Notes: generated by a model from the sequence alone, not told the origin. A DNA stretch of 64,000 nucleotides from Tubiluchus corallicola (GCA_030141605.1 JAQGDQ010000084.1:310001-374000); one strand, 5' to 3'; shown: positions 39,452 through 52,210, numbered from the stretch's first letter. Numbers and translations are program-made.

Positions 39452-42110
39452 TAAAATTTGAAAATATCGTACTTTAATTAGTAGATCAAATAATCAAGAA
39501 GAGCAAAGATTTACTTTCAGCTGTTAAAACGGCCTCGTACTCAGTTCTCCACTCATTACTGACATGCTTGTAGCAGACAGGTCGCCCAAAAGTCATTGTT
39601 ACATAGTCTTCGCAAGATCCTTTAGACAATGGTAACGCAAATGTAGACTGTTTGACCAAACCCGTGTTACAACCAGCTCTGGTCTCCCCTACATAAGCAA
39701 CGCGCATGCGCTCTGCAATAACCAAGCAGTTCTTTGTGATTATTGCAGTCGGTTTGTTCTTGCATGAAATTGCACTTGTCACACGTCGTAATAGATTATG
39801 TAAAAATGCAAACTGAACAACTGTTCTATTCATTTTAATCTTTCTGTTCCATTACGTTGCATTCTATTACGCTACGGTTGGTTTCATCTTCTAAAGCTTT
39901 ACGATGCCCGGGTAGAGAAGCCAGTTGACAGTCACTTTATAAATAGCCAACGGCAATATTTCGATGGACAAGGGGGCGGAAAAGATAAACTACTTCACGC
40001 AGATGGAGTTCAAGTGAAGAAGCCAATCAAGGGTCCGCCCGGGAGGCACTTTTCAGAAAGCACCACTTTCATCAAGTGCATCGAAAAAAATTATTCGGTG
40101 GCAACAGTAAAAAAGTCAAAACACCTGACAATGTATTTTTCCATGAAATGTAAAGCAAAGCAGCCTGCCGCATCAGTTCAGTAACTTCAGTTGTTTTACG
40201 TGGGCTTTACTTAATTATGCATTAGTATGTGCGTATGGTGATTTAAAAAGAAGACAAACAAAAATTCCTTTCAACGCGAGTACGATATACGCATAAAATT
40301 GCTATAAAGTAATATAATTTTTTCTGAAACCTACTTGAGGTACCCCTTTTCTTGCCCTTTAAGTCGACTGTGACGTTTTGAAGAAGCCTCTATATGCATT
40401 GTAGATTTTTTAGTATGCAGGAAGAATGTACTTCTTTGCAACCATTTTTTCAGTAATGCTTTACTGTTTAACTTTTTTTTATTTTATTTCAGACATTTAA
40501 AGCCCATAAGACAAGAATAAAATAAGGCACAAGTAAAAACCCACAGAGATAGTACGTTACAGAAACATAGTACACATGTATAAGAAAGGGTTAGTTAGAA
40601 TGGGACACATATGGGTGTATACCACGTGGTATATGATTATGCTATCTTTGTCACGACTTAAAAATGTTCGATTTAAAAATTGTATCAGCATTGTACAACA
40701 AGTTATTGATAACAGTATTCTGACTCAAAAACAGCCTACTTCTGAGACTAAACACAGCATATGCATGGTGTGTGGGTGCGCGCGTGCGTGCGTGTAGAGG
40801 AAAAGCGCAAAAAAACCGTTTTGTCCTTACCCCCCCTATTTAGCTGCCGCCTCTTCTCTTACGTCAACAATGCTCCTCTAAATTTCAACATAACTGCCCC
40901 CCACCACCTCGGCTGAAACAAAACTGTCTCAATGCATACATTCGTAAAGAATGATCGCGTTTAGCTGACATTTAGTTCCCATGAATTTTACATGGCAGCT
41001 AAAGTAGTGCCATTCTCCAGAGTACTTGAAACAGGCTCTTAATGGATCAAAGACACAACGTCAGCACCTGTTTCTTGTTTTAGTACCCGGTGGCCTATAA
41101 ATAATGTGCAATTAGGTTGACGTGAATCATGTCCCCTGTGAAAGTGTTAGTAAAACTTGTAACCGTGTACCAGCAAATCCTTGAACTGCAACAATTTAAG
41201 CTATTAGTAAGCAAATATTTCTTGTTTACGATTTTATCAAGTTTACGTATAAATTTTTGCATGATTATTTGTTCGAAATTACAATTACAAATTACAACAT
41301 TAAAATTACATAATATGTTTGTTTCGTTTTACACAGTATTAAAAAAATGCTTAAAGTTGTTCTGAAGCAGCACTGCCACTAATTTTAACTACGGGGCCGT
41401 ATCAAAAACTGCACAGGTCCTAATGTTCTTTTACAATCATCACAATATTTATTCCATCAAGAAACAAACAAACAAACAGTCAGGATATCCTAAGTCTTGA
41501 TCTCGACCGACCAAATTCCGATTCTACCCGACACAATAATAAACAACAACATCTGATAACATTATTTTAATGATTTCACTTATTTACAATGAGCTGATCT
41601 GCAGCCCTACAAATTCACTGTTAATATTATGGTATAATTTCTAAATAAATATTTAACAATCATAATAAATAAACGGAGACAATTGTCCAATTTAGGCCTT
41701 ATTAGCAATCATCACATTCAGCTCTGATGTGTAAACTCACACGCAAAGTACTTTTATTTACAAGGTATTAAGATTTAGAAGTACAATTACATACTAAAGA
41801 TTACTCACACAATTGAACATAAAGAATATTCAAGTCGTTGTATGTTTTAATTAGCTTAACGAAGATAATCGTTTATACAAGACGAACAGAATTATCAGCT
41901 AGGTGCGTAAATTAAAAAAAATCATTTAAATCATGTAGCATTAATAATTAATAAACCTATAATTAATAATTAATTAATATCGTCAGGTTAAAAAAGAAAT
42001 CATTATGGTTCAATTCATAAATCACAATGACTAAAAGTGGCAAATTATTTTGTTATGCATTTCTTCCATACTTAAGGGTTGTTTATGAAGCTAAATGTCA
42101 AAATTTAAAA

Positions 42111-42571
42111 CAGTAAACTTTGTGTAACTCAAAATCCCATAAATCAAATTTTCGCCTAACTCAAAGAATTTCAGCGGAATGGAAGAAATTCTTCTTTCTT
42201 CCCCCAAAAACAACATCGTTTAACTCAAAATTTTGCCTAACTTACATAAAAAATTATGGTCCATTCGATCAAAATACTTCGCCTAAGTCAAAAATGCAAT
42301 TTATACTCCAGAAAACAAAGTTTTGTACAACTCAAAAACAGTATCGTCTTCTGGGAAAATTCGGATGTCTTGCAAGTCCTTATAATTTGTTATTCTTCAT
42401 GTAATTGTCATCAAATCTTGTCGTTTATGTATAGAAGGGTTGACTTTCTACCTTCTATTTAGCTCACTGTCTGGAGGAGGGGTTTAGAGTTTCTATGCTA
42501 GAAAATGGTCAACATTGTCTAACTCAAAGTTTTTTCGGTCCGGTTGGATATGAGTTATGTGGAGTTTACTG
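42111..42571. mobile_element. Tc1/pogo-like MITE
   Basis: CAGTAAACT...AGTTTACTG|TA; internal taactcaaa repeats. Confidence 0.7.
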
Positions 42572-42797
42572 TAGTTTAACATCAAATCAATGCTGGATTT
42601 TCTTATTAAGTATAAGCACCAATAACCCTGTTGTGGTCAGAATATGCAGACTGACCATCAGTAGAGAAGATTAAGCTATAGCTAGTCTGTCAAAATCCAC
42701 ACAGAGAAAAAATCAAAGTATAATATGCCCAACAATTAATTAGAATGATTAACGGCATAACCCTAACATTATAAGTTTAATTACACGGTTTGAATTT

Positions 42798-43386
42798 GTG
42801 CTTGCATAGTAAAATCGTCCATAAGTCGAAAATTAAGCTTTTCTAGTTATTCACATATCCTGAATCTCTATTCCATGAGGATCATTTTGATACCAAATTC
42901 ATCCCTGTATGTACTTTCTAAGCTGAGATAATCCACGTTGAAGTTGAGGTGCAGGCTGTGTACTGAAAACATAATCTTGAGAAAATCACGGTTAAAGTCA
43001 GCCATTGTTTTTTGTCGCATCTCTACAAAACACTTAGCAAATATACAAATGTTAGTTGCTACAGACTTTCCAAGAACACGTTGAGGTTATGTTTAAATCC
43101 AGTAGATGGCTCTTCCTGACAAAGATCTGGGTCAACAGAAAAAACCTGAAGCAAAATGACAGCTTCCAGGAGCTACAATCAGAGTTTGAAAATAGGAGTT
43201 TTTTACAAATGCAATACTAGTTTCTAGAGAGGAAAGTGGGCAAGGGGTAATAAAATTAAATTTTTAGTGCTTTTCGAACACTTTTTTGATAATTTGATGC
43301 TAGAATACAAAAGTCCAATTCTACTTTGAAGCATCATAATGGAGTTTAACTATGCCGACTTATGGACGGTTTTGGTTTGCAAGCTC
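42798..43386 (+). mobile_element. MITE family P (gwgcttgca TIR)
   Basis: ~30-bp imperfect TIR; reverse homology to 54621-55230. Confidence 0.8.
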
Positions 43387-43971
43387 GAATTTAAATAATA
43401 AAATAGCATGTTTAGTCCATGAATGAAAGATAGTAATTGTGGCTTTTTTACAATTAGGCCCATAATTTCAACAAATTAATTCTACAAATTCTCCATTCCA
43501 GTTGAAAGTACTAAGAATATACTGTCATTTCTTCCCAGTTGCACAAAAATATGCACAGACATTTTCCTAAAGAAAATTCACATCATGACATCAACAATGC
43601 AGAGACATCATTGTTCTAAGGAAGTTCACATTGTGACATCAACAATGCAGAGACTTCACTTTGCTAAATAAGGGAGCTCAACACCATTAAATGGAGTTTT
43701 CACTTAATACAAAAATCAATAATGCATACATGACACTAACGCTTGAAAGGGGGCGGGTAAACCGTAGATAATATTATGGCAAGCAGAAGATAGCATTATT
43801 CTTATACCAATGTCATATATATGAAGAACGTGTAGTTTTCATTGTACTTATTATACTTTTTTATCGGCTAGCCGTTGGATGGCGCAGCGTGTCACATGTT
43901 CGCAACCCATGGGAAGAGTGGATTCTCCAATTATAGTGTTTTTCTCCGTGGTTAAATGCAGAGAACTGTTA

Positions 43972-44212
43972 TGGTACATTCAAACCTAGAGACAAGTTGG
44001 GAGAGAAATTGCTAATCCGTTCACACATGCAACAAGTTGCAAGAGAAGTTGCCAAGCTGTTGACACTGGCAACAAGTTGCGAGAGAGGTTGCCAAGCTGT
44101 TCACACATTGCAACGTTACTCTCAGAGAGAAGCTGTGCAACAAGTTGCAAGAGAAGTCACTAAGTCTGAATGCACCGTTAGGCGAGAGAAGTCTCTAAGT
44201 CTGAACGTGCCA
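43972..44212. mobile_element. Harbinger-like MITE in the probable KLF 3' UTR, with two right ends
   Basis: TTA|TGGTACATTCAAACCTAGAGAC; right ends ctaagtctgaatgcaccg|TTA (44177) and gtctctaagtctgaacgtgcca (44212); internal caacaagttgc repeats. Confidence 0.6.
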
Positions 44213-44466
44213 TATGACGTCGCAAAACCGCATATGCAGGTATTGTTTAGCTGAGGTGATTGCTTTCAATTCTCGTATTATCATTATGACCATCACACAG
44301 TTTGACGTGTAAAATTCTTATCTGCAAACTTCTTCATTCGGTAATTTCAGTGTTCTGATTGGCTAGCAAATCAGCCGTCATAATATATAGAGAGTCACAG
44401 ACACTCATGCTGCATACAGTTGTAGCTCACCCAGTGATTACTACACAGTTCTGAATAATACAGAGT

Positions 44467-44649
<183 letters not shown>

Positions 44650-45032
44650 TCAATAATGATCAGTCTAAGAAGCATAACATGCATTGAATGGCTTCAAATA
44701 TCTGCTTTATGTGTACCAAAGCGGTTTAATCTATTGGCATTAAATGACTTCAAATATCCGCTTTATGTGTACCAAAGTGGTTTAATCTATTGACATAATT
44801 TCTCCTCTCATAAGAATCCACACATCGGACTCGCACTCACCACCATTGTGTACCTGTTGACAAGAAGAAAACCTGGAAGGCAAATATGCTTCAAGAAGGG
44901 TAGAGCTTAATGTCACTCTGGTACAGTGTTGTGTCAATTTAATTTCTGCATACCCAGTTTTAACTTTTTATACATCTGTATAAGAATAATTTTACTACAA
45001 TTCCATCTGACCCGAAATTTATCTAACTGCAT

Positions 45033-45538
45033 TTAAAGGAAACCACAACTCAGTTAGCATGTCAGATACATGTCAGTGTTGCACTGTTATCATTTAAACA
45101 AAGAAAAATTTGAAAAACTATCCATAAAGCACAACGTTAATTTATACTACTGCTGTAAAGAAGTTTTGAAACGTTGTTCGTTGAAGTAGACATTGTTCGC
45201 TTGAAAATTATGACGTAACCGAGCGGACTTCGTACGCTCATCCCTAAATGCGCGTTGCTTAAACTAATTCAAATTTCTGCAGGTTACCTCACACAATATA
45301 CCACAGAATCAATTTTTTTATAAACTAATAACAGAAATTGACAGCTCCAGTCGACGAGGTGGAAAAATGGAGATTGAAAATGTGAGCGCCCCAGGCGTGA
45401 AATGATTGCAACTTTAAAGCGATATTACTAATCATAAGAGATATGCGTTGCTTCTTACACCTTCATTACTAAATCCTCCAGTATTTTCCCCAAAACATTG
45501 AAATGAGCCAACTTCTCAGAAGGAAGAAATTCCTTTGA
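45033..45538 (-). mobile_element. K1 family copy, diverged, in the last KLF intron
   Basis: TTAA|AGGAAA...TTCCT|TTGA; homology. Confidence 0.7.
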
Positions 45539-46030
45539 GATCACAATCACAACGTGAACCAACAACATACATTTGTTTTACGTGTTTGTTTTACTAACAT
45601 TTTCACCGTTACGTGTGATCATGACATTTTCATGTTTGAAACTTAGATATTCTGCACAAATAGTGCAGGAAAACAGATGCAAAATTAAGCTAGCAAAAGT
45701 AAAATACTAAACAGAATCATAATTGCTCTTACTGTCACTGTCACTGTTGTCACCGTCAAAACTGTGCATAACAACAGCTAACAAAGTGTTTAAAATCTCA
45801 CTGGCTATAAGAGTTACTAACCTTCAGTTTTAATAGTAACAACGTATAAAAGAAACAAATTTATTCTAAAAATAATGCTGTATGTTTTTCTCTCTAGAGT
45901 ATAAATACAGCTAACAACAAAGGTACTCAAATTGCTGAAACTTTAGTTTAAAAGAAAAATGTGTTAGTTTGACTGAGACTTGAACCAGGAACACTAGTAA
46001 TTAACTGGCCAGATGCAGTTCTTCCGACAA

Positions 46031-46074
46031 TCACCCATCCACCTGCTAACCAGGCCCGACCTTGCTTAAACTTC
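46031..46074 (-). pseudogene. 5S rRNA-derived fragment (internal control region part)
   Basis: Minus strand gaagtttaagcaaggtcgggcctggttagcaggtggatgggtga resembles 5S GAAGCTAAGCAGGGTCGGGCCTGGTTAGTACTTGGATGGGAGA; 5' and 3' parts are missing. Confidence 0.65.
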
Positions 46075-46599
46075 ACTTCATTTTTCATTTATTTATTAAA
46101 TACATCCACAACGATCATTACAGCATAGCACTTCCAAAGAATTTAACGAGATATTTATTATTATGTACACAAGATGCCAAGCTGCAAATGGCCCATGAGG
46201 TACTCAAGAAGTAATAAGTTGTTGAGAGCACCCCAAATGAATGTGGATTCAGTGAAGTAGAAAAGAGCAGTAAAGGAATAGAAACGAAAAGTTAATCAAG
46301 AATAGAAAGAGAAAGATGTGTATGAAGTGGTATCTGTATGAAGTAATGCGAACTACAGAAATATAGAAATCGACATAGCCAGCAATGTGGTGGATTCCAA
46401 CAGGAACAGCAGGGTAATTAGTCTATATGAACTAACACGAATTATGGAAACCGACATGGCTAGCAACGTGATGGATTCCGACAGGGACAACAGCGTAATT
46501 AGTCAAATTGATTTATTCTATGTAATTAGAAAAGATATCACTTTCAAAAATTTCTTTTGAAGTTTTTTGTAGCCAAGCAGCGAGTTAATACACCCATAT

Positions 46600-47090
46600 A
46601 AAGACAAACTCTAATTACCCGTGCGCGTAAAGACAAACTCTAGTTACCCGTGTGCATAAGACAAACTCTAGTTACCCGTGTGCATAAAGACAAACTCTAA
46701 TTACCTGTGTGCATAAAGACAAACTCTAATTACCTGTGTGCATAAAGACAAACTCTAATTACCTGTGTGCATAAAGACAAACTCTAATTACCTGTGTGCG
46801 TAAAGACAAACTCTAATTACATGTGTGCGTAAAGACAAACTCTAATTACCTGTGTGCATAAAGACAAACTCTAATTACCTGTGTGCATAAAGACAAACTC
46901 TAATTACCTGTGTGCATAAAGACAAACTCTAATTACCTGTGTGCATAAAGACAAACTCTAATTACCTGTGTGCATAAAGACAAACTCTAATTACCTGTGT
47001 GCATAAAGTCAAACTCTAATTACTTGTGTGCGTAAAGACAAACTCTAATTACTTGTGTGCGTAAAGACAAACTCTAATCACCTGTGTGTG
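46600..47090 (-). repeat. 29-bp minisatellite, 17 copies, overlapping the KLF exon 4 donor
   Basis: Minus-strand unit gtaattagagtttgtctttatgcacacag; the terminal copy includes the real junction CACACAG|GTGATTAG. Confidence 0.97.
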
Positions 47091-47320
47091 TTCGTTTGTG
47101 TGCTTTCAGGTGCGAGCTTTTCGTGTAAATTTTATGGCAGCCTTCATAGTCACACGAATGGGTTCTCTTTTTCTTAGAATCGTACGACAACAGCTGCTCC
47201 GGAGCGGGCGGAGGCAAAGAATGATGAAACTTGAGTGTCATCGACGGCGACCGCTTTTGAAAATGAATCACAGGGTTCTGTATGACTGGTGGGCCAACCG
47301 CAACCCACTTGCCAGAGTTC
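47082..47320 (-). CDS. KLF3/8/12: KLF3/8/12-like, coding exon 4 with basic region and zinc finger 1
   Basis: ttctacAG|G acceptor, CAG|GTGATT donor; encodes [32 protein letters not shown], a canonical KLF finger 1. Confidence 0.96.
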
Positions 47321-48213
47321 CTGTAGAAAATAAAACAAAACATTAGTTCTAAATCTTCTAGTTTACATATATTTACTTATTTATTAGTGCCAAAAACAGT
47401 TACCAAGCATGACATACATACAATTTCAATTAGGAAATATGGCAACAAATCAAACACATAAATATTAACTCTTTCAGAACCGTGAGCGTTTGCTACATTT
47501 TGCATGGGTTCATGAAAAACTGCTTTCGGTTACGTTACATTTGATCACTTCTGCAGGTTTTTACTCCTCACACAATGGATTTTCATGGACAATTATGTTT
47601 GAAATGCATTTGCTTATGTTAGACAAATTAAAATTTGATTTTTGATGAAAAAATTCAAAGAAAGCTTTCAATAACTACAGTGTTTGCACTATAACAATGT
47701 ACAGTGTCACTTTGTGTGAAATCAGCTAATGAAAAAAATTTAAACCAACCAGACACAACACTCTGATAAACTGTGGCCTCAGTTCTACTCTATTTTTAAG
47801 GAGAAATTTCTATTATCAAATTAAATCACCTATAAATGTTTAAACACATTGTATGAATGAATAACTGAGATTCTCCTAAGTAGAACATTACCTAATTTAT
47901 AATCATTTAGCTATGTCAGTGCTCATACAGTAACAGAAAAGTCACAGGTGTTATAAGACATGGTGCAGTCCTGAACGAGTTAATAAGAACAAATATATTC
48001 TAAAATCGTTCATATAAGATCATATTATGACTAAAAATTGGTTTAAAAGAAAAATGTAATTTTAGTTTGTAAACTCCAAATCCAAGACCGGTAATTCACT
48101 AATTAATTTATGCCAATTTCATAAGAAAATATAAATTACTTTAAGCAAAACGACAAGCCTACATAATCCAAACAACGTGTCATAATGAAAAGCCCTTAGT
48201 GCCAATATATAAC

Positions 48214-48600
48214 CAGGGTTCCCACAGAATTTTAAAATAAATTTTCCCAACTTTTCTCTAACCAAATGTTGATTTTCCATGACCAAGATAAGCAGAAATT
48301 GCATTACCAGTATACATATTCAAACATTTTTGTGCATGGACATTCATACATATACTGATATATGTACGATGTGTCGGCCAATCATTATTTTTGCAACAGA
48401 AATCAAAACTGGGAGCCTGCCATGGCAAAAATTTATTTGAACACGAATCGATGAAAAATACGTTTGGAAAACTATCAGTTCACGGTGGTTATTTTTGCAA
48501 CGCTTTCCAATTTTCCTGACTTTTTGCCTCATTTTCATCATTTTCCCTGATTTTTTACCAAATTATCTTTTCCCCTGACTTTTCCTTGACTTTCCAGGAT
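48214..48600. mobile_element. hAT-like MITE remnant
   Basis: CAGGGTTCCCAC left end and tttccctgac subterminal repeats; right TIR not found. Confidence 0.55.
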
Positions 48601-48654
48601 AGCCTCTATCTTCAAGGATCTTCAAGGATCAAGAATTAGGGGTTAGCAATACAG

Positions 48655-48886
48655 CTTTCTTGTTCCCAAGCAAGATCCTGCTAAGTAAATCACTCTATGC
48701 ACAGACTAATGCATAGTTAAGTAAAGTTCACGTAAAACAACTGAAGTTACTAAAGCAATGTAGCAGACGGTTTTGCTTTACCCACATGGCACGTGACAGT
48801 TGTGTTCAAACGCGTTGCTGTGGTACACTTAACCTTTGACCTACAGCAACTGCGCGTGCGCACAATTAAATTGTGAAAAGGCTTAC
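48655..48886 (-). mobile_element. MITE family M, partial
   Basis: Homology to 30480-30709. Confidence 0.78.
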
Positions 48887-48962
48887 TGATTCTACATGGA
48901 TGCCTGTACTAATCCACTCAGCTATGTGACCGTTACTCTTCAGATATCAATAAGCAGTTTAC

Positions 48963-49077
48963 CTTTGACTATTCATGGCTGCCTCCTTAATACGTTGAAG
49001 TGACAGTAAAGAAGTATTAAGTGCCATCTTTTGACAGCCACCGGAGTTAATAGATTTCACTTCATTGGTTTCCAAAT
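48963..49077 (-). CDS. KLF3/8/12: KLF3/8/12-like, coding exon 3 (not in ORF track)
   Basis: tttacAG|AT acceptor, AAG|GTAAAC donor; 115 nt open frame (DLETNEVKSINSGGCQKMALNTSLLSLQRIKEAAMNSQR) supplying exactly the phase-1 to phase-2 change the neighbouring exons need. Confidence 0.82.
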
Positions 49078-49124
49078 CTGTAAATGCAAAATTTGGAAAA
49101 AAAGACATTTAATCGTGGAATAGT

Positions 49125-49816
49125 TAACGGATAAGAAAAGGGGTAAAAGAAGCTTTCAGAAAAATCGCATTAAAAAATTATATTATTTTGCAGCAATTTT
49201 ATACGTGTATCGTACTCGTGTTGAAAGGATTTTTTGTTTGTTTTCATTTTAAATCTCCGACAATACTGTTCTGACCGCGTCATTACAAGACAGCATACAC
49301 GCAGAATGTAAATCAAGGGAAGAAAAGGAAATGTTAAACTATGTCTCAAAAAAATTTCCATACAAAGTTATATTAGTTAGCATTTCGCTTACCTGCTGAA
49401 AAGACTTATGTAACCAGAAAAGAAAATTATTAATTAATAAAAATGTTTTAACCAATTGGTAAAATGTCGTTGACTCACTCTAGGGTGCACCACTCACTAA
49501 CCAAAAACGTATTTTTAATCATATTGATAAAGTACAGTAATTTTAAATTTTACTTCATTTACGTAGCAGCATGAGTGCTACGAATGCTCTGGTTATTTTT
49601 TCAAACTTTACTTAATGTTACCTAAAATTGTTTCAAACGACCTACCATTAAAATGGCTGCACCTAATGGTCATCGCGGGAGTTTAAATTTACAAGTTTTA
49701 TACAACATTATTGCTGATGCAACTCCTATATGCAAAAAGGCAGAACGCAAATGGTATAAAATTTCAAGACGAATTTTTTAAGCTTTGCGTAAGTGGAGGG
49801 TTTTCTTGTGCTTTAA
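49125..49816 (+). mobile_element. K2 family copy
   Basis: Homology to 3639-3956 and 6964-7635; ends TTTTCTTGTGCT|TTAA. Confidence 0.72.
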
Positions 49817-49980
49817 AAAATACTAGAAAGTAGAAATAAATGTTTCATATAGAAAATTCTCTTGTTTGCTGATAAGATTTCGAAACCTAGTGAAACGTGG
49901 ATTTTGACTTCTTCTTAGGATATAATGGAAATGAAGTACAAGTTTAAACTCTTGAAATTATAAATTCAACAAACTATAAT

Positions 49981-50521
49981 CAGACCTGCCAACGCTCATG
50001 CATTATGCATGTCACATGCATTTTAAGGCTTTTCACACCTGCACATGCACCAAATGTCAGTTTTCGCACATTTCGCAACTTCACACGCAACTTTGCCATC
50101 AATACCAAGCACAGAACAATTAGTAATACTACGCAATATTGTGTCTGATGATGTATATTATTGGAACTGCACTTTATTGAATTACACTAAACAATATTAC
50201 AATTTATTAATAATTAATTATTAATAATATTTTTTCACATGAACAAAAGAACATATTTATATACAAAGCATTTTGAACTGCAACAACATCGTAACAAAGC
50301 TCAGTAGTACCAAAAAGTTGCTATTTTCGCTTCAGTTTTTTTGATAACTTTTGATATTGATACTAAAAAAGCAAAAATTTTGGGGCCATAATTTGCCCCG
50401 CCCACCATGTCAGGGGGGAGACAATCCCATGGGTTTTCTATGTTTCGCATTCATTTTTACATCAAACGGTTTGAATAGCGAAGCTAGGTTTCACAAAACA
50501 GCCTACTGTTGGTAATGTCTG
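49981..50521. mobile_element. hAT-like MITE (CAGACCTGCCAAC...GTTGGTAATGTCTG)
   Basis: Imperfect TIRs; left part homologous to ~25709-25980. Confidence 0.55.
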
Positions 50522-50681
50522 ACAAAAGTGGATGTAACAAAGTGGTATCTCTTTTTCAATCTTGGTGATAGGTAATTGGGAAAGGATAAATGTCACGTTC
50601 AAAAACACTCGTTTTTATGCAGTTCAAGCTACTGTCTTAGACGTATTTGGAAAGAAACGGGCATGTTTCGACATATATTTT

Positions 50682-50810
50682 TAATAATAATAATAAGAAG
50701 AACAACAACAATAATAATAATAATAATAATAATAACAACAACAACAACAACAACAACAACACCAACAACAACACCAACACCAACGACAAAGACAACAACA
50801 ATAATAATAA
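50682..50810. repeat. (AAT/AAC)n microsatellite
   Basis: Direct inspection. Confidence 0.93.
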
Positions 50811-50900
50811 TCTTTATTTAAAGTTGGCTTTTGGATGAGCAAATAAAATAAGCTCAAAAAGCTATTATTGCCGATTGTAAATAACAAATCTACAACTACG

Positions 50901-50997
50901 TAACAGAGATTATTATTACCCCACTTTTACCCTAAATACCATGCGCCAGGCAGGGCAACAGCAGGTACCATTTTTAAAGTTTTTGGTATGAGCCAGT
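50901..50997 (-). mobile_element. SINE fragment lacking the tRNA head (Meta-domain-like)
   Basis: Homologous to 22937-23030. Confidence 0.65.
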
Positions 50998-51675
50998 CCT
51001 CTTTACTTATATAAAGTAAAAAACATTCAATGCACATTACCAAGTTCTAAGAAAAAGCATAATCTACAAAACAATTTTGAAACAAAGAAATGTTGAAATC
51101 TGTTCTGATAACTAGAAATACTTTCAACTATAAATGTTTCTGAGTGTCTGTAATAAAAAACTGGGTTGGATTATTTACACATAATTTTAACTCATCTTTT
51201 GAACACAAAAAAGCAAATAGCTTATAACGTACAAGTATCATATGGTTTACTAAGTAAGCTCTGTACTTTGTTAATTCCTCATAATATTCGAATTTATAAT
51301 TTGTCAACAAATGAATTCGTTTACCTGCTTCTTCATGGAATTCAACACTGTTAATATTCAAGTGTTTGTACAGAAATTTATATATCTAACTAAGGGCTTC
51401 TAATCATTGTATGTTTACGTTGTTTACATAGTAATATTAATGTCTTTCTCAACATTATGATATGTATGGATCTATGCTAGTAGTCATACTGTAATGCTTT
51501 TACTGTTTGTCTACTGTCTGCACTCTACGTTTCATTGGTGAGAACATTTATCAGTTAAACATTTATTTGTTAAAAACCGTCTAAGTCGTATTGCAATACT
51601 TCTTATTCAATAAAATGTGTTTAAACTAACTGATGTACCAGTATTCCACACAAATATTTTCTCTCCCTAGCATAC

Positions 51676-51793
51676 CTTTCACGGGAAGGTCAGTATCCTC
51701 CGTTTTCTCTACCTTCCCTTTTCTAACAGACAAATCTACTGGTTCATCCTGTAAAGAGAACTCATTCATTTCGTTGGAGTCGTCTTCAAAAAG
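51676..51793 (-). CDS. KLF3/8/12: KLF3/8/12-like, coding exon 2 with PVDLS CtBP-binding motif
   Basis: tttcAG|CTT acceptor, G|GTATG donor; encodes LFEDDSNEMNEFSLQDEPVDLSVRKGK...; QDEPVDLS is characteristic of KLF3/8/12. Confidence 0.92.
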
Positions 51794-52210
51794 CTGAAAT
51801 AATAACAAACTTATGCAGGTCAGATGCAAACAAATCCACTAATCAGTATCAAACAAACTCACAAGCCAGCGTAGCAATTACATGTGGGAAAATGCAAACA
51901 TTAGATAAGCATTATAGCCACACCTTCCCTACAGGAAATTTGCTAAATCAGAGACGGAACTAGAAAAGGATCCACTAACAAGGAACAACATACGATTTTT
52001 AGGATAAAGGTTGCATCCCTAAATAAAACTTATATGTGGAAATGTATGTAAACGCTTATCAGAAGAAAAAGGGATAAGCAATAACATTCTGCAATAATTA
52101 GCCGGTCAACATAGGACACCTCTGACATGGATCTGCCCCACGATTATTGAGTTGACTTTATGATGGCAGCCGCGCCTAACTTCACGCCTAGCCAGATACA
52201 TGATACTCAC

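Larger units (their letters stand above)
37321..39689. mobile_element. TA-flanked non-autonomous DNA transposon (Tc1/mariner-pogo-like) carrying nested elements
   Basis: TA|GGGGAGACCGGG...TTGTAACAC and GTGTTACAA...CTGGTCTCCCC|TA in an atgTAcat target. Confidence 0.72.

Noticed and set aside
47074-47343. ORF ending ...HTGD* as the real KLF C-terminus
   Set aside because: The ORF track reads through the donor; fingers 2-3 continue in phase at 44639.
49868-49900. ctgataaga...gaaacgt as a second hammerhead
   Set aside because: The core deviates from CUGANGA and helices I and II do not pair convincingly.
51128-51361. 77-aa intronic minus-strand ORF as an extra KLF exon
   Set aside because: Not needed for phase, ends in a stop, no clear acceptor/donor pair; more likely decayed retroelement sequence or chance.
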